Positions 21,124 to 29,291 of a stretch of DNA of 64,000 bases are shown here, in pieces. The position numbers were made by a program, and so were the translations under genes. The number at the start of each line of letters is the position of its first letter. The stretch's first letter is position 1. Under the pieces are notes generated by a model. It was not told where the DNA came from. It saw nothing but the letters and a program-made list of their open reading frames with translations, and ran no database searches. The DNA is from a virus (taxonomy: Duplodnaviria > Heunggongvirae > Uroviricota > Caudoviricetes): the IMG/VR virus record IMGVR_UViG_3300027710_000009; one strand, 5' to 3'.

Positions 21124-21345
21124 CTATTTAGTACGATATATGATCCTACCGCGGGACAAATCATACGGGCTCATTTCTAGTTCAACTGTGTCGCCCATGA
21201 GCACTTTGATATTATTTTGGCGTAATTTGCCGCCAAGATACGCAATTATTTTATGTTGGCTATTTTCGAGTGCCACTCGGAATGTAGCATTGGGCAGTAC
21301 TTCTTCTACCACACCAGTTACATTAACAAATCCTTCTTTAGCCAC
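21124..21345 (-). CDS. infA: Translation initiation factor IF-1
   Basis: MAKEGFVNVTGVVEEVLPNATFRVALENSQHKIIAYLGGKLRQNNIKVLMGDTVELEMSPYDLSRGRIIYR aligns along its full length with bacterial IF-1 (S1-like OB fold). Confidence 0.85.
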   Translation of the reverse strand: MAKEGFVNVTGVVEEVLPNATFRVALENSQHKIIAYLGGKLRQNNIKVLMGDTVELEMSPYDLSRGRIIYRTK

Positions 21346-21373
21346 AGGGGCACCTTCTCCTATATGTTAGCCG

Positions 21374-21766
21374 TTATCCACGGCGCATTTTACTTATGTC
21401 AATCGCTTCTTGATCTGAAAAGACCGGCACTGCGTTTGACTTGTGCATTGTAGCAATGCCTTTTACCATAGTGCCAGTATAGACCTTGGCAGGTGCTAGA
21501 GTAGCATTACCACCAGTATCTCTACTAGGAATGTGTCGTGTGCTACGCTCGGCGGGCACAGTTAGTTTGTAGTCTAATTTTTGTTTCTTGGGTGCAGGCG
21601 CTACTTTGGCAGGACCCCACTTGGCCATAAGAGCAGACCAACTGTCATCCAGCTCACGTGCCTTGGCTGCATGAGCCGCTGATGCAAACTTTTTCTTACC
21701 GCGCTTTTTGCCAGTAAGACTCAAACTAGGATGTGCAAGGTGCATTGTCATTTTGGGTTTCTCCAC
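21374..21766 (-). CDS. Hypothetical basic protein
   Basis: ORF with a Lys/Ala-rich N-terminal half. Confidence 0.35.
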   Translation of the reverse strand: MEKPKMTMHLAHPSLSLTGKKRGKKKFASAAHAAKARELDDSWSALMAKWGPAKVAPAPKKQKLDYKLTVPAERSTRHIPSRDTGGNATLAPAKVYTGTMVKGIATMHKSNAVPVFSDQEAIDISKMRRG

Positions 21767-22153
21767 TCATCTTTAGCTATTTTAGCTTCTTGTACAATTT
21801 TTGTCAACAGATGCCAAACAGGGTGTGCAAAATAACCCACAATGGCGCCGTAGATGAACCATTCAACAGCATGCCAAAACTCAATCATAGATGCACTTCC
21901 CATGCGCCAGTTACGTGATTCCAATGGCGTGTGTCGTAGATTTGGAAAGATATGCTGTGACCAAACACAGCTAGTTCTAGGGTAAGCCCAGCATGGCTTT
22001 GTCGCCGAGTATAACTGAATTCAAATCCAATCAGTGTGCGTGTTTGCAACAGCTCTGCTTCCCAGGCCAGGTGGTCGGTGATCAGGCCTGACCGATTCCA
22101 TAGATTGGCAAAGGGTCGGCCCCAGGGGTTACTTAAACCAACATTGATGTAGA

Positions 22154-22654
22154 TCATTTTTTAGAATTTACTTTGGCTTGACGTTGACGACGGAATATTT
22201 CCACATCCTTGCTAGCACTTTGTAGCACAGCAGAATAGTTGTAGGCCGCCTGAGGTGTCATAATGATGGAGGCTTCATATTTGACATAGCCTCTTGTAAG
22301 CAGTTCCCAAATGATTTGCCAACGGTTTCGGCTCCACCAGTTGGTTTTTTGTGTGGTGTATGTTGTGACCGTGACTCCTGTTTCATCTGCTTCAATGCAG
22401 ACGTCGTGGGCGCAATCAGTTGAACAGCAGTCACACGGAACTGTATAGAATCGAGCATCACCAAAGTCCTTGTGCAGTAAGATCCCTTCAGCGGGAGTTT
22501 GAATTTCCAATTTGGACCTCCAGTTGATCTTGTATTTTAGAAAACACTTTGTCCTCAAGTATAAAGAATTTTTCAGGATAACGAGACATGATAGATTCTT
22601 TAACTTCTTGCACTGTGGCACCTTGTCCGAGAAAGTCGTTGTTTTCGCCATCAT
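22154..22654 (-). CDS. Hypothetical Cys-rich protein; start uncertain
   Basis: The ORF overlaps the preceding gene by ~165 nt, so the true start probably lies downstream at about 22480. Contains CDCCSTDCAHDVC. Confidence 0.3.
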   Translation of the reverse strand: MMAKTTTFSDKVPQCKKLKNLSCLVILKNSLYLRTKCFLKYKINWRSKLEIQTPAEGILLHKDFGDARFYTVPCDCCSTDCAHDVCIEADETGVTVTTYTTQKTNWWSRNRWQIIWELLTRGYVKYEASIIMTPQAAYNYSAVLQSASKDVEIFRRQRQAKVNSKK

Positions 22655-22841
22655 AGGCCAAGATCAAATTGCCTTGTGTTGCGATCTTTTCCAGTTGCAC
22701 AATGCGAATGCGTTTGTCTGCTTCTGTTTTGACCAATTCAATTTTATTTTTGAATTCTGCACGTTCAACAATAAATCTCAGTGCAAGTAACAATGCCCAT
22801 GCTACTCCCAAAATTGTAAAAATTTCCATTATCGTATCCAT
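22488..22841 (-). CDS. Hypothetical membrane-anchored protein (N-terminal transmembrane helix)
   Basis: ORF beginning MDTIMEIFTILGVAWALLLALRF. A sigma70 promoter lies just upstream at about 22859-22887. Confidence 0.4.
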   Translation of the reverse strand: MDTIMEIFTILGVAWALLLALRFIVERAEFKNKIELVKTEADKRIRIVQLEKIATQGNLILAYDGENNDFLGQGATVQEVKESIMSRYPEKFFILEDKVFSKIQDQLEVQIGNSNSR

Positions 22842-22858
22842 AGTTTACAAGTATAATT

Positions 22859-22887
22859 AGTATAACACAAAAAAGAAATATGGTCAA
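22859..22887 (-). promoter_or_regulatory. Sigma70 early promoter (TTGACC-N17-TATACT)
   Basis: Minus strand: TTGACCATATTTCTTTTTTGTGTTATACT. Confidence 0.5.
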
Positions 22888-22896
22888 CCGGCATTT

Positions 22897-23742
22897 TTAA
22901 GTCCAAAGTCCGTTGCGTATGCGGATCAAACGGATCATCATTTGCTCATCTTCTTTTTCATAGAATTTTTCAATTTGGTTAGCACGTTTGATTGCACGAT
23001 TTTGAGCATTTCGCAGAGCCTTGCTCTTGGGTTGACTTAGGCTCCATTTGCCACCATTTTCTTTGCGAATCTGTTCGCTTACTGCACTCCACCCACTGGC
23101 ATCATGTGCGTCTGGTCGATTGCAATAAGTTTCGGTCCACCAGCGATACAAGGTCAAGATTTCTATAGCTTTTTCGGCTTGTGGTGTAGGCTTGCCAAAA
23201 TTTGGATCGGTGGGTGACACTCCGTACTGCTGATCCATGACCAGTTTGCTTTGCCATTCTAGGTTGTCTAGTCCTGCCTGAGGACAGCGCCACACACGCA
23301 CACGCCACCAGCCTGCCGCCCACCAAGGCATGTTGTATTTGGCTCTGAGTTCTTTGCCTTCCCATACCAGGTGCCACCATGCCAATTCTACTTCAACAAA
23401 ATCCACAAGCTCATTGAAAAGACAAGGAAGGAAACGATTGCCAACATCACACCACTCGCCCCTTTTGATGTTTCGAGGGTGTGCAGTAAGAGCATGAGTG
23501 CGAGTGATCCAACGATTGTTAATATAGTACTTGATATCATAGAGTTTCCTTACAGGCCAAGTCACAAAGTCTTGTAGCCAGTCCAGTGCTTCTTCAGCAA
23601 TCCAGTAGCGAACAGGATGTGCTCGTTGTGCTTCGTCATTCCACTCATCCCAACCTTCGCTGGTCAGTGCATGTGGTTTTACCACACCGCGGATCCACTC
23701 TGCGAATTTGGTGTTGCTCCAGTATTGAGAATGTTGTGCCAT
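22897..23742 (-). CDS. Hypothetical Trp-rich protein (281 aa)
   Basis: Long ORF with no recognisable motif. Confidence 0.45.
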   Translation of the reverse strand: MAQHSQYWSNTKFAEWIRGVVKPHALTSEGWDEWNDEAQRAHPVRYWIAEEALDWLQDFVTWPVRKLYDIKYYINNRWITRTHALTAHPRNIKRGEWCDVGNRFLPCLFNELVDFVEVELAWWHLVWEGKELRAKYNMPWWAAGWWRVRVWRCPQAGLDNLEWQSKLVMDQQYGVSPTDPNFGKPTPQAEKAIEILTLYRWWTETYCNRPDAHDASGWSAVSEQIRKENGGKWSLSQPKSKALRNAQNRAIKRANQIEKFYEKEDEQMMIRLIRIRNGLWT

Positions 23743-24221
23743 TATTTGTTGTTTCCTGTGTCTGTTAAAGTGATAGTGCTGAGATCCATGCTACCAAGAC
23801 TCACAATATCATTTGATGTCAGCGGAGCAATGTTAACATAGTTATGTCCACCGAGCATTGTGCTGCCGCTGCCACTGCCAATAACACTGAGAGGTCCTGC
23901 CATGATTCCACTGAGATTTAATGTCATATCAGTGGTATTGTCAGAACTGGTAAACAAATCACTCTGCCCGTTGTTTTGCAGTATCTGTATGTCACGTTTC
24001 ATTTCTGTCATTTCACGTTCCATCCAGTCCAGTCTTGTTACCATGTCAGAGAATGGCCCGGGTTCTTCTTTTTTCTGTTGTGCCAGCGAACTTAAAAATG
24101 CCAGTCTGTGAAAGGCGCTTTTTACTGCATCGCTGTCGCTGGTAATGATATCATCAAATATGCCAGCAAGTTCACGAATTTGTTCTTCGGTAATCTTCAT
24201 ACAAATTTCAGTAGGAACCAA
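23742..24221 (-). CDS. Hypothetical protein (159 aa)
   Basis: ORF. Confidence 0.4.
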   Translation of the reverse strand: MVPTEICMKITEEQIRELAGIFDDIITSDSDAVKSAFHRLAFLSSLAQQKKEEPGPFSDMVTRLDWMEREMTEMKRDIQILQNNGQSDLFTSSDNTTDMTLNLSGIMAGPLSVIGSGSGSTMLGGHNYVNIAPLTSNDIVSLGSMDLSTITLTDTGNNK

Positions 24222-24436
24222 GTCCTGGCCTGCTCCGTGTAAAAGTCAATGTGTATCTCTGTTTCACCCCAGTGCCCGCCATCCATTTTTGGAACCCATG
24301 GACGGTGTTCACGAGGCATGAATCCCAGTTCGTCACGCATGCGACCTCGTAGCATGATCATGCTTTGCCCAAATTCTGCGCGAAGTTGTTCACGGATTCG
24401 GTTCCATTCTGCATGTGTGAGTTCATGGTGTTTCAT
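24197..24436 (-). CDS. LKW-tail family small protein (member 1; ends FLLKFV)
   Basis: C-terminal module I-x-F-x-x-E-x-x-x-x-F-L-L-K-F, shared with eight downstream paralogues. Confidence 0.5.
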   Translation of the reverse strand: MKHHELTHAEWNRIREQLRAEFGQSMIMLRGRMRDELGFMPREHRPWVPKMDGGHWGETEIHIDFYTEQARTWFLLKFV

Positions 24437-24437
24437 G

Positions 24438-24749
24438 CTAGATCCATTTGAGTGTCATTAGTATAGCATGTTCTTTGTTTTTGAACAAGAACAACATGTT
24501 GTCTTCGGTGGGATGTGTTACATAATTTTCGCCCGGAAGTCCAAAGTTTTCCACAGCCCAGGCACATGCTTCATTCCAAAAGTAACTTGTGTCTTTGCCT
24601 TTTTCCCATTTTAATTCTACTGGAGTCCAGTCTGCGCATTCTTCCAAGGTTGCCTCCCAAAGCAAGTTGTTGATAATCTCACGATCTATTTGCTCAGCCA
24701 TCTCTTTGGCAAGATTCTGCATGAGTTCCTGTTCTAAATCTAGCTCCAT
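24438..24749 (-). CDS. LKW-tail family small protein (member 2; ends MTLKWI)
   Basis: C-terminus LFLFKNKEHAILMTLKWI. Confidence 0.55.
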   Translation of the reverse strand: MELDLEQELMQNLAKEMAEQIDREIINNLLWEATLEECADWTPVELKWEKGKDTSYFWNEACAWAVENFGLPGENYVTHPTEDNMLFLFKNKEHAILMTLKWI

Positions 24750-24958
24750 TTTAGTGTAAACAGCGTGGCTTCTTCGTCTTCACCAAACAACAACCCTGCC
24801 GCTTCTTTTTCGCCCACCGATGTGGGATTGCTTTTGATCCACACCTGATACGCACCGTAGTCACGTTTGATCCACTCCCAGAACTCCACATCGATCTTGT
24901 GGTCACGGTGATACTCTTGTAGTTTGTCGTAGAATGGTTCAACAGCAATAGTGATCAT
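24740..24958 (-). CDS. LKW-tail family small protein (member 3; ends FTLKWS)
   Basis: C-terminus LLFGEDEEATLFTLKWS. Confidence 0.55.
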   Translation of the reverse strand: MITIAVEPFYDKLQEYHRDHKIDVEFWEWIKRDYGAYQVWIKSNPTSVGEKEAAGLLFGEDEEATLFTLKWS

Positions 24959-25164
24959 AGTTCTTTTATGGTCAGCATGGTTGCCCAGGCTTCTGCATCG
25001 CCATTGAACATGAATTGCAGTTCGCGATTGTTTTGATCCACACGCCAGGTGTAGTCTCGACCCATGACAATGCCTTGTTCTTTGAGCCAGCGAGAAATAG
25101 TCACGCCACGGTGAGATTCTTGTTCTGCGCTGCCTTCCCGGAACGGAAGTGTAACTATCTGCAT
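24955..25164 (-). CDS. LKW-tail family small protein (member 4; degenerate, ends LTIKEL)
   Basis: C-terminus LQFMFNGDAEAWATMLTIKEL. Confidence 0.5.
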   Translation of the reverse strand: MQIVTLPFREGSAEQESHRGVTISRWLKEQGIVMGRDYTWRVDQNNRELQFMFNGDAEAWATMLTIKEL

Positions 25165-25165
25165 G

Positions 25166-25372
25166 CTACCCCCATTTTAGCAAAAATGCTGTCATATCTT
25201 TTTCGTGGCGAAACTTGAATGTATCGTAACTGGTTCGCCGGCCACATCTATGTTCATAACACCATTCCCCAATTTTATCCAGTACATTTTGTGTGTACCC
25301 GGGACTACTGTAGTTGGCCAATCCCTCAACCACACGTAGTGTCATTTTTTCTCGAACAAACTTTATAGCCAT
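25166..25372 (-). CDS. LKW-tail family small protein (member 5; ends FLLKWG)
   Basis: C-terminus FKFRHEKDMTAFLLKWG. Confidence 0.55.
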   Translation of the reverse strand: MAIKFVREKMTLRVVEGLANYSSPGYTQNVLDKIGEWCYEHRCGRRTSYDTFKFRHEKDMTAFLLKWG

Positions 25373-25605
25373 TTCAGTATAAAAACCTCTGCGTCTCTTG
25401 CATCTTCAAAGTAAAACAAAAAACCTGCGGTAGGATTCCACTCTGGTCCACGCAACTGATATCTACCAAATCCTGCATACTCATTCACCCAATTGGTCAA
25501 GTCATGACAGTTAGGGCGTTGTTTCAGCATGCGTTCCCAAGGCATAAACACCTGTGTCCAGTGTGCAGGAAACGGCAAGCTGTCATCCTTGATCATGACG
25601 ATCAT
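25363..25605 (-). CDS. LKW-tail family small protein (member 6; ends FILKWL)
   Basis: C-terminus FLFYFEDARDAEVFILKWL. Confidence 0.55.
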   Translation of the reverse strand: MIVMIKDDSLPFPAHWTQVFMPWERMLKQRPNCHDLTNWVNEYAGFGRYQLRGPEWNPTAGFLFYFEDARDAEVFILKWL

Positions 25606-26041
25606 GCATGGTTACTCCATTCAAGTGATCCAGCTCATGCTGATAGCACACAGCGGCAAGTTCTTCTAGTTCTTCTTCATGCCAGTCACCGTGTATGTCT
25701 TGATATCTGGCCCAGATCTTTCTTGGACGATGTGTAAGTACATATTCATCGGGAAAACTTAAACAACCTTCCTGGCATTCAAACAGTTGATCTGTTGTGG
25801 CATCAGAAAATTCAGGATTGAAACAGGTCCTGGTCAATCCGTTAACACTCATCACAAACACTCTGCGGCTGATGCCTACCTGTGGTGCAGCCAAGCCAAT
25901 TGCATCACTGTCAGTCATAAACTGGTGCATCATGGTGGCCAAGCGCATGAGTGGCCGTGCATCCTCAAAGGTGACAGGCTTGGCAACATTTTTTAACACA
26001 CGATGTGTGAGTTTGAGTTTGTTAGGTATAATCATAGCCAT
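25583..26041 (-). CDS. def: Peptide deformylase
   Basis: All three PDF motifs are present: GLAAPQVG, EGCLSFP and HELDHLNG. Confidence 0.9.
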   Translation of the reverse strand: MAMIIPNKLKLTHRVLKNVAKPVTFEDARPLMRLATMMHQFMTDSDAIGLAAPQVGISRRVFVMSVNGLTRTCFNPEFSDATTDQLFECQEGCLSFPDEYVLTHRPRKIWARYQDIHGDWHEEELEELAAVCYQHELDHLNGVTMHDRHDQG

Positions 26042-26286
26042 TTCAGTGTAAATATCAGTTTATCTCGTTCTTCGACAAAATGAAATATATATTTGTCGTG
26101 ATTGTCTCGACCTGCCCAAAACATACACCACGCACCGTCGGTGTTTTTACCTATAGCTTCCCAACGCTTGCCAAACTGTTGCTGGCACCATGCACCGGCG
26201 TCTCTGTGTTTCTTAGCGTCGATTAGTACACTATGTTCTAATTGACGGAATGCCCTGCGATGTCTGCGTGTTTGTGCTGAGTTCAT
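26032..26286 (-). CDS. LKW-tail family small protein (member 7; ends FTLKWL)
   Basis: C-terminus YIFHFVEERDKLIFTLKWL. The likely ATG start is at 26286 (MNSAQ); the track start at 26295 is a GTG. Confidence 0.5.
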   Translation of the reverse strand: MNSAQTRRHRRAFRQLEHSVLIDAKKHRDAGAWCQQQFGKRWEAIGKNTDGAWCMFWAGRDNHDKYIFHFVEERDKLIFTLKWL

Positions 26287-26465
26287 TACGACCACTTGAG
26301 AGAAAATAACATGGCATCTTTTTTGTGCGTGAATTTGAAATGATACTGTGTGTTATGGAATAGACTTTCCAAACTAAGTTGCCAGTGTTTGTATCCAATA
26401 TTTTTCACTGCCCATGCGCCGGCTTGGGTGGCTTTATCTGCGTCTGTTAAGATTATGGTTGTCAT
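26286..26465 (-). CDS. LKW-tail family small protein (member 8, 59 aa; not in the ORF track)
   Basis: Own translation: MTTIILTDADKATQAGAWAVKNIGYKHWQLSLESLFHNTQYHFKFTHKKDAMLFSLKWS. TAATG coupling with member 7. Coordinates approximate. Confidence 0.45.
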   Translation of the reverse strand: MTTIILTDADKATQAGAWAVKNIGYKHWQLSLESLFHNTQYHFKFTHKKDAMLFSLKWS

Positions 26466-26471
26466 AGTACA

Positions 26472-26501
26472 ATTATAGCATACTATTACTTATTTTGTCA
26501 A
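26472..26501 (-). promoter_or_regulatory. Sigma70 early promoter (TTGACA-N18-TATAAT)
   Basis: Minus strand: TTGACAAAATAAGTAATAGTATGCTATAAT. Confidence 0.5.
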
Positions 26502-26710
26502 TCTACCCATTTAAGCATGAACCAATTGGCATGCGCCAATCGCGGGAATATAAACACAGTGGTATCCAAACTGGTGTCCACTTCTCCCCACCCTGGCCCC
26601 CACATTTCAAAGCACCAGGCAATCAATTCTGCCCGTTCTTCTCTAGTGACTCTACCAGCGTTTAGGTACCATGAGCCACTGCTATTTGTCAGGGTTATTT
26701 TGCTCAACAC
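26498..26710 (-). CDS. LKW-tail family small protein (member 9; ends FMLKWVD)
   Basis: C-terminus VFIFPRLAHANWFMLKWVD. A perfect sigma70 promoter lies at 26472-26501, inside or upstream. Confidence 0.5.
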   Translation of the reverse strand: MLSKITLTNSSGSWYLNAGRVTREERAELIAWCFEMWGPGWGEVDTSLDTTVFIFPRLAHANWFMLKWVD

Positions 26711-27074
26711 ACAGTGCCTCTAGAGTTTTGTAGTGTTCGTATGCTTGTTTTAAGGCTTCGTATTTGTCTAGTAGTTTGGAATCAGGAACCAAGATGGCCA
26801 GTCTGGTACTAATGGTTTGTAAGGTTTCTGCTAGGTCCTGGCCATTTATCATTACCTTGCCTTCGAATTCTGCATCGCCTTTTACTTGAATTGATGGTGT
26901 GGTAGTGCCGGTGTTAATGCTGGCCCAGGTGCCGTTCGTACTGCCAGTTGCTAGTGTGTACCCACCAGACCCACCAGTTCCGGTCACTTGATATAGTCCA
27001 GCGCCTGAGTAGGTTGTGTTAAGGGTTACATTGCTTAGGGTTGGTGCAGAATTTGAATAGATTTGATATGCCAT
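26682..27074 (-). CDS. Hypothetical Thr/Gly-rich protein
   Basis: ORF with the start refined to MAYQIY (ATG at 27074). Confidence 0.4.
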   Translation of the reverse strand: MAYQIYSNSAPTLSNVTLNTTYSGAGLYQVTGTGGSGGYTLATGSTNGTWASINTGTTTPSIQVKGDAEFEGKVMINGQDLAETLQTISTRLAILVPDSKLLDKYEALKQAYEHYKTLEALCVEQNNPDK

Positions 27075-27117
27075 AGTGCAACACTTTAGCATAAATACAA
27101 TATAGGAGTCAATTACT

Positions 27118-27438
27118 ATGGCTAAAATTTTACAGTATAAATGCACCAAATTGGACAGCAAACCTTTTTTGTTTTTAGACCATCCAGTGTCAGAAGAATG
27201 GGCGGCAGCTCAGCGGGCCAATCAAGAACTACTTGTTGAAGTACAAAAAATATGTGACACTGTGGAAATTTCTGATACTGAAATTGTAATGACCAAACAA
27301 TGTGAAAATGATGTTGCTATGTCAAAATTTATACTTGCTGTATCCATGCTAGAAGTAGAACATAAGTTTGCAATGGATCAATTTGAATTATACCATCCTC
27401 ACAATACAACTTTTAGTTATAGCCAACAAGAAGTTTAG
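27118..27438 (+). CDS. Hypothetical protein; one of only two plus-strand genes
   Basis: TAGGAG RBS 9 nt upstream of the ATG. Acidic, protein-like composition. Confidence 0.5.
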   Translation: MAKILQYKCTKLDSKPFLFLDHPVSEEWAAAQRANQELLVEVQKICDTVEISDTEIVMTKQCENDVAMSKFILAVSMLEVEHKFAMDQFELYHPHNTTFSYSQQEV

Positions 27439-27623
27439 GCGGTGTGTGGCCAAGTCATGGCTGGACAATTGACACTAGAAAAATTTCTAGAACAACGCAG
27501 ACGAAAGACGATCAACAGAGACCCTGTTATTTGCCGAGAAACAAAGGACAAATTCCCTATGACTTGGCTCGACTGCACCAGGGTACGATTTGGTCAACCC
27601 TTGCGGGTCATCCATTAAGTTTT

Positions 27624-27662
27624 TGCAGATTGCACAATCTTCTTTTGGAAGAGGCACAGTCC
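27624..27662. terminator. Bidirectional hairpin (AGATTG-ca-CAATCT, T-rich flanks) between convergent genes
   Basis: Plus strand: agtttttgcAGATTGcaCAATCTtcttttgg. Confidence 0.35.
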
Positions 27663-27800
27663 ACAGTCGCCACTCTCATCCTCCACACGCCCGTCAAGGA
27701 CACTAGGCAATCCTAGCACCCTATAGATTCAGCTGCCTCTACTTTCATTGGCCTGGATTGCTCCAAGAATTTTACTTGCTTCTTCAGCCTTCACTACTCT

Positions 27801-28376
27801 TTACAGAATACCTTCTTTTACAAGAACGGCTTCTACTTCATCTGTGAGTTCAATTTCTGTACGAACATTGAGCTCCAGAACTTCGTCGTTTAACTTTTGC
27901 TTTTGCTTTTTCAGCTCACGCATGATGCCGCTGATGCTGTCAATCTGTGCTTGTTGTAGCACACCTGTGCTCACGGTATTCTCATAGCCGTACATGCGAT
28001 GTTCTTCACGACGATTGCGAATCTTTTCCAACTGACCAGTGATGATTGCCAGATCCTTCATTTTAGAAGTTTCGTTGGTCAGTTGATCCAGTTGTTGCAG
28101 TCGTTTGTCAACATAGGCAATGTGGCTCAAACGATTGCCAATGCCACTTTGAAAGTTGGCCACGCCCACAGTTGCACGAATGCTGTACAGGGCCATCAAT
28201 AGATCACTGCGACGAGCGTCGGCGGCCATGACCGCATCATTGGCGGCCTGCAGAGTCTGCACTGTATCAACAAACTCGCTGAGTTCAACCACAGGCTTGA
28301 CCTGTACACTTTTCAACAGGTCGTTGATGTTTTGCTGAATAGCGTTTGCTTTACGAAGGGTAATTTTGATTGCCAT
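27801..28376 (-). CDS. Hypothetical coiled-coil protein (191 aa)
   Basis: ORF with heptad-like composition. Confidence 0.45.
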   Translation of the reverse strand: MAIKITLRKANAIQQNINDLLKSVQVKPVVELSEFVDTVQTLQAANDAVMAADARRSDLLMALYSIRATVGVANFQSGIGNRLSHIAYVDKRLQQLDQLTNETSKMKDLAIITGQLEKIRNRREEHRMYGYENTVSTGVLQQAQIDSISGIMRELKKQKQKLNDEVLELNVRTEIELTDEVEAVLVKEGIL

Positions 28377-28391
28377 AATGTTCTCCTAAAT

Positions 28392-29213
28392 TTATATATC
28401 AAATCCCACAGTGGGGTCAAATGTATTTGCTTGCTGTTCGTATCCTCTGTAGCCACGTGGGTTACAGATCACACGACATTGTCCGATCATGTAGTCGCTG
28501 GGGTCATGCATGTGTCCATGTGTCCAGAACAGGATGTTTTCATGATCCAGTATGAACTCGCTCAGGTCCGATGCATAGCCACCATTCATGTCAGTATCAT
28601 GCTTGTAGTGCTCATGCACACTCAGGTAGCTGGGTGCATGATGTGTACAAACCACCACCTTCTTGTCACGATTCAGTTCCAGCATGGTCTTGAAATACTC
28701 CTTGGTACGCATGTGAGTTTCCATGGTATCCTGCGGAGTCAGCTTGCGGTAGATGGCGCCTGCTTTGTTGGTGATAGCACGATAGTCATTCATACCATGC
28801 TTGAGCACCTGTATGCACATGGGATTGCCGCGATTGCAGTCAGTCCACAGTGTGGCACCCAAGAACAACACACCATCAATTTCAATTGATTCATTTTCCA
28901 GCACTGACACATTGTCAGGCACAGTGGCCTTGAGCTCATGCACAGTTTTGTCATAGCGACCGTGATAGTGTTCATGGTTGCCCATGACATAGATAACTTC
29001 GCGGTACTTGGCACATTCTTCAATGAAGAAACGTTGAGCACGATCTTGGCGCTTGGGATCTCCTACTTCAGTCATGATGTTCATTGGGTCATACTTGTTC
29101 TTGAGCAAGGTGCGGCTTTCGCACACATCACCTGACAAGATCAGCACATCTCCGCCTGGCAACTCTAGGTCGCCAAACTCAAGATGAAGATCAGAAATTA
29201 CATTTATTCGCAT
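28392..29213 (-). CDS. Calcineurin-like metallophosphoesterase (Ser/Thr phosphatase family)
   Basis: Motifs DLHLE, GDV and GNHEH. A consensus sigma70 promoter ends only ~7 nt upstream of the ATG, which may make the transcript leaderless. Confidence 0.7.
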   Translation of the reverse strand: MRINVISDLHLEFGDLELPGGDVLILSGDVCESRTLLKNKYDPMNIMTEVGDPKRQDRAQRFFIEECAKYREVIYVMGNHEHYHGRYDKTVHELKATVPDNVSVLENESIEIDGVLFLGATLWTDCNRGNPMCIQVLKHGMNDYRAITNKAGAIYRKLTPQDTMETHMRTKEYFKTMLELNRDKKVVVCTHHAPSYLSVHEHYKHDTDMNGGYASDLSEFILDHENILFWTHGHMHDPSDYMIGQCRVICNPRGYRGYEQQANTFDPTVGFDI

Positions 29214-29219
29214 GTGACT

Positions 29220-29248
29220 ATTATAGTTGATAATGGTATTCTGGTCAA
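29220..29248 (-). promoter_or_regulatory. Sigma70 promoter (TTGACC-N17-TATAAT) ending about 7 nt before the phosphoesterase ATG
   Basis: Minus strand: TTGACCAGAATACCATTATCAACTATAATAGTCACATG. Confidence 0.45.
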
Positions 29249-29272
29249 GAAAAAAGGTGCCCTAAAGCACCT
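29249..29272 (-). terminator. Intrinsic terminator (AGGTGC-cctaaa-GCACCT plus T-run on the minus strand)
   Basis: Follows the stop of the gene at 29292-29588. Confidence 0.5.
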
Positions 29273-29291
29273 TTGATTAGTCCAAAATTAA

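Noticed and set aside
21124-21345. Possibility that the window is a bacterial or organellar locus rather than a phage, given infA, sod, clpP, def and ssrA
   Set aside because: The window also contains rIIA/rIIB, megadalton fibre genes, near-exclusive single-strand coding, terminator-promoter cassettes between single genes and a T4-late-type motif. The host-like genes are best explained as phage auxiliary genes.
27444-27716. The 90-aa plus-strand ORF following the gene at 27118-27438
   Set aside because: Low-complexity translation rich in T/Q/R/H, with no RBS. The region is better explained as a structured non-coding strand-switch gap.
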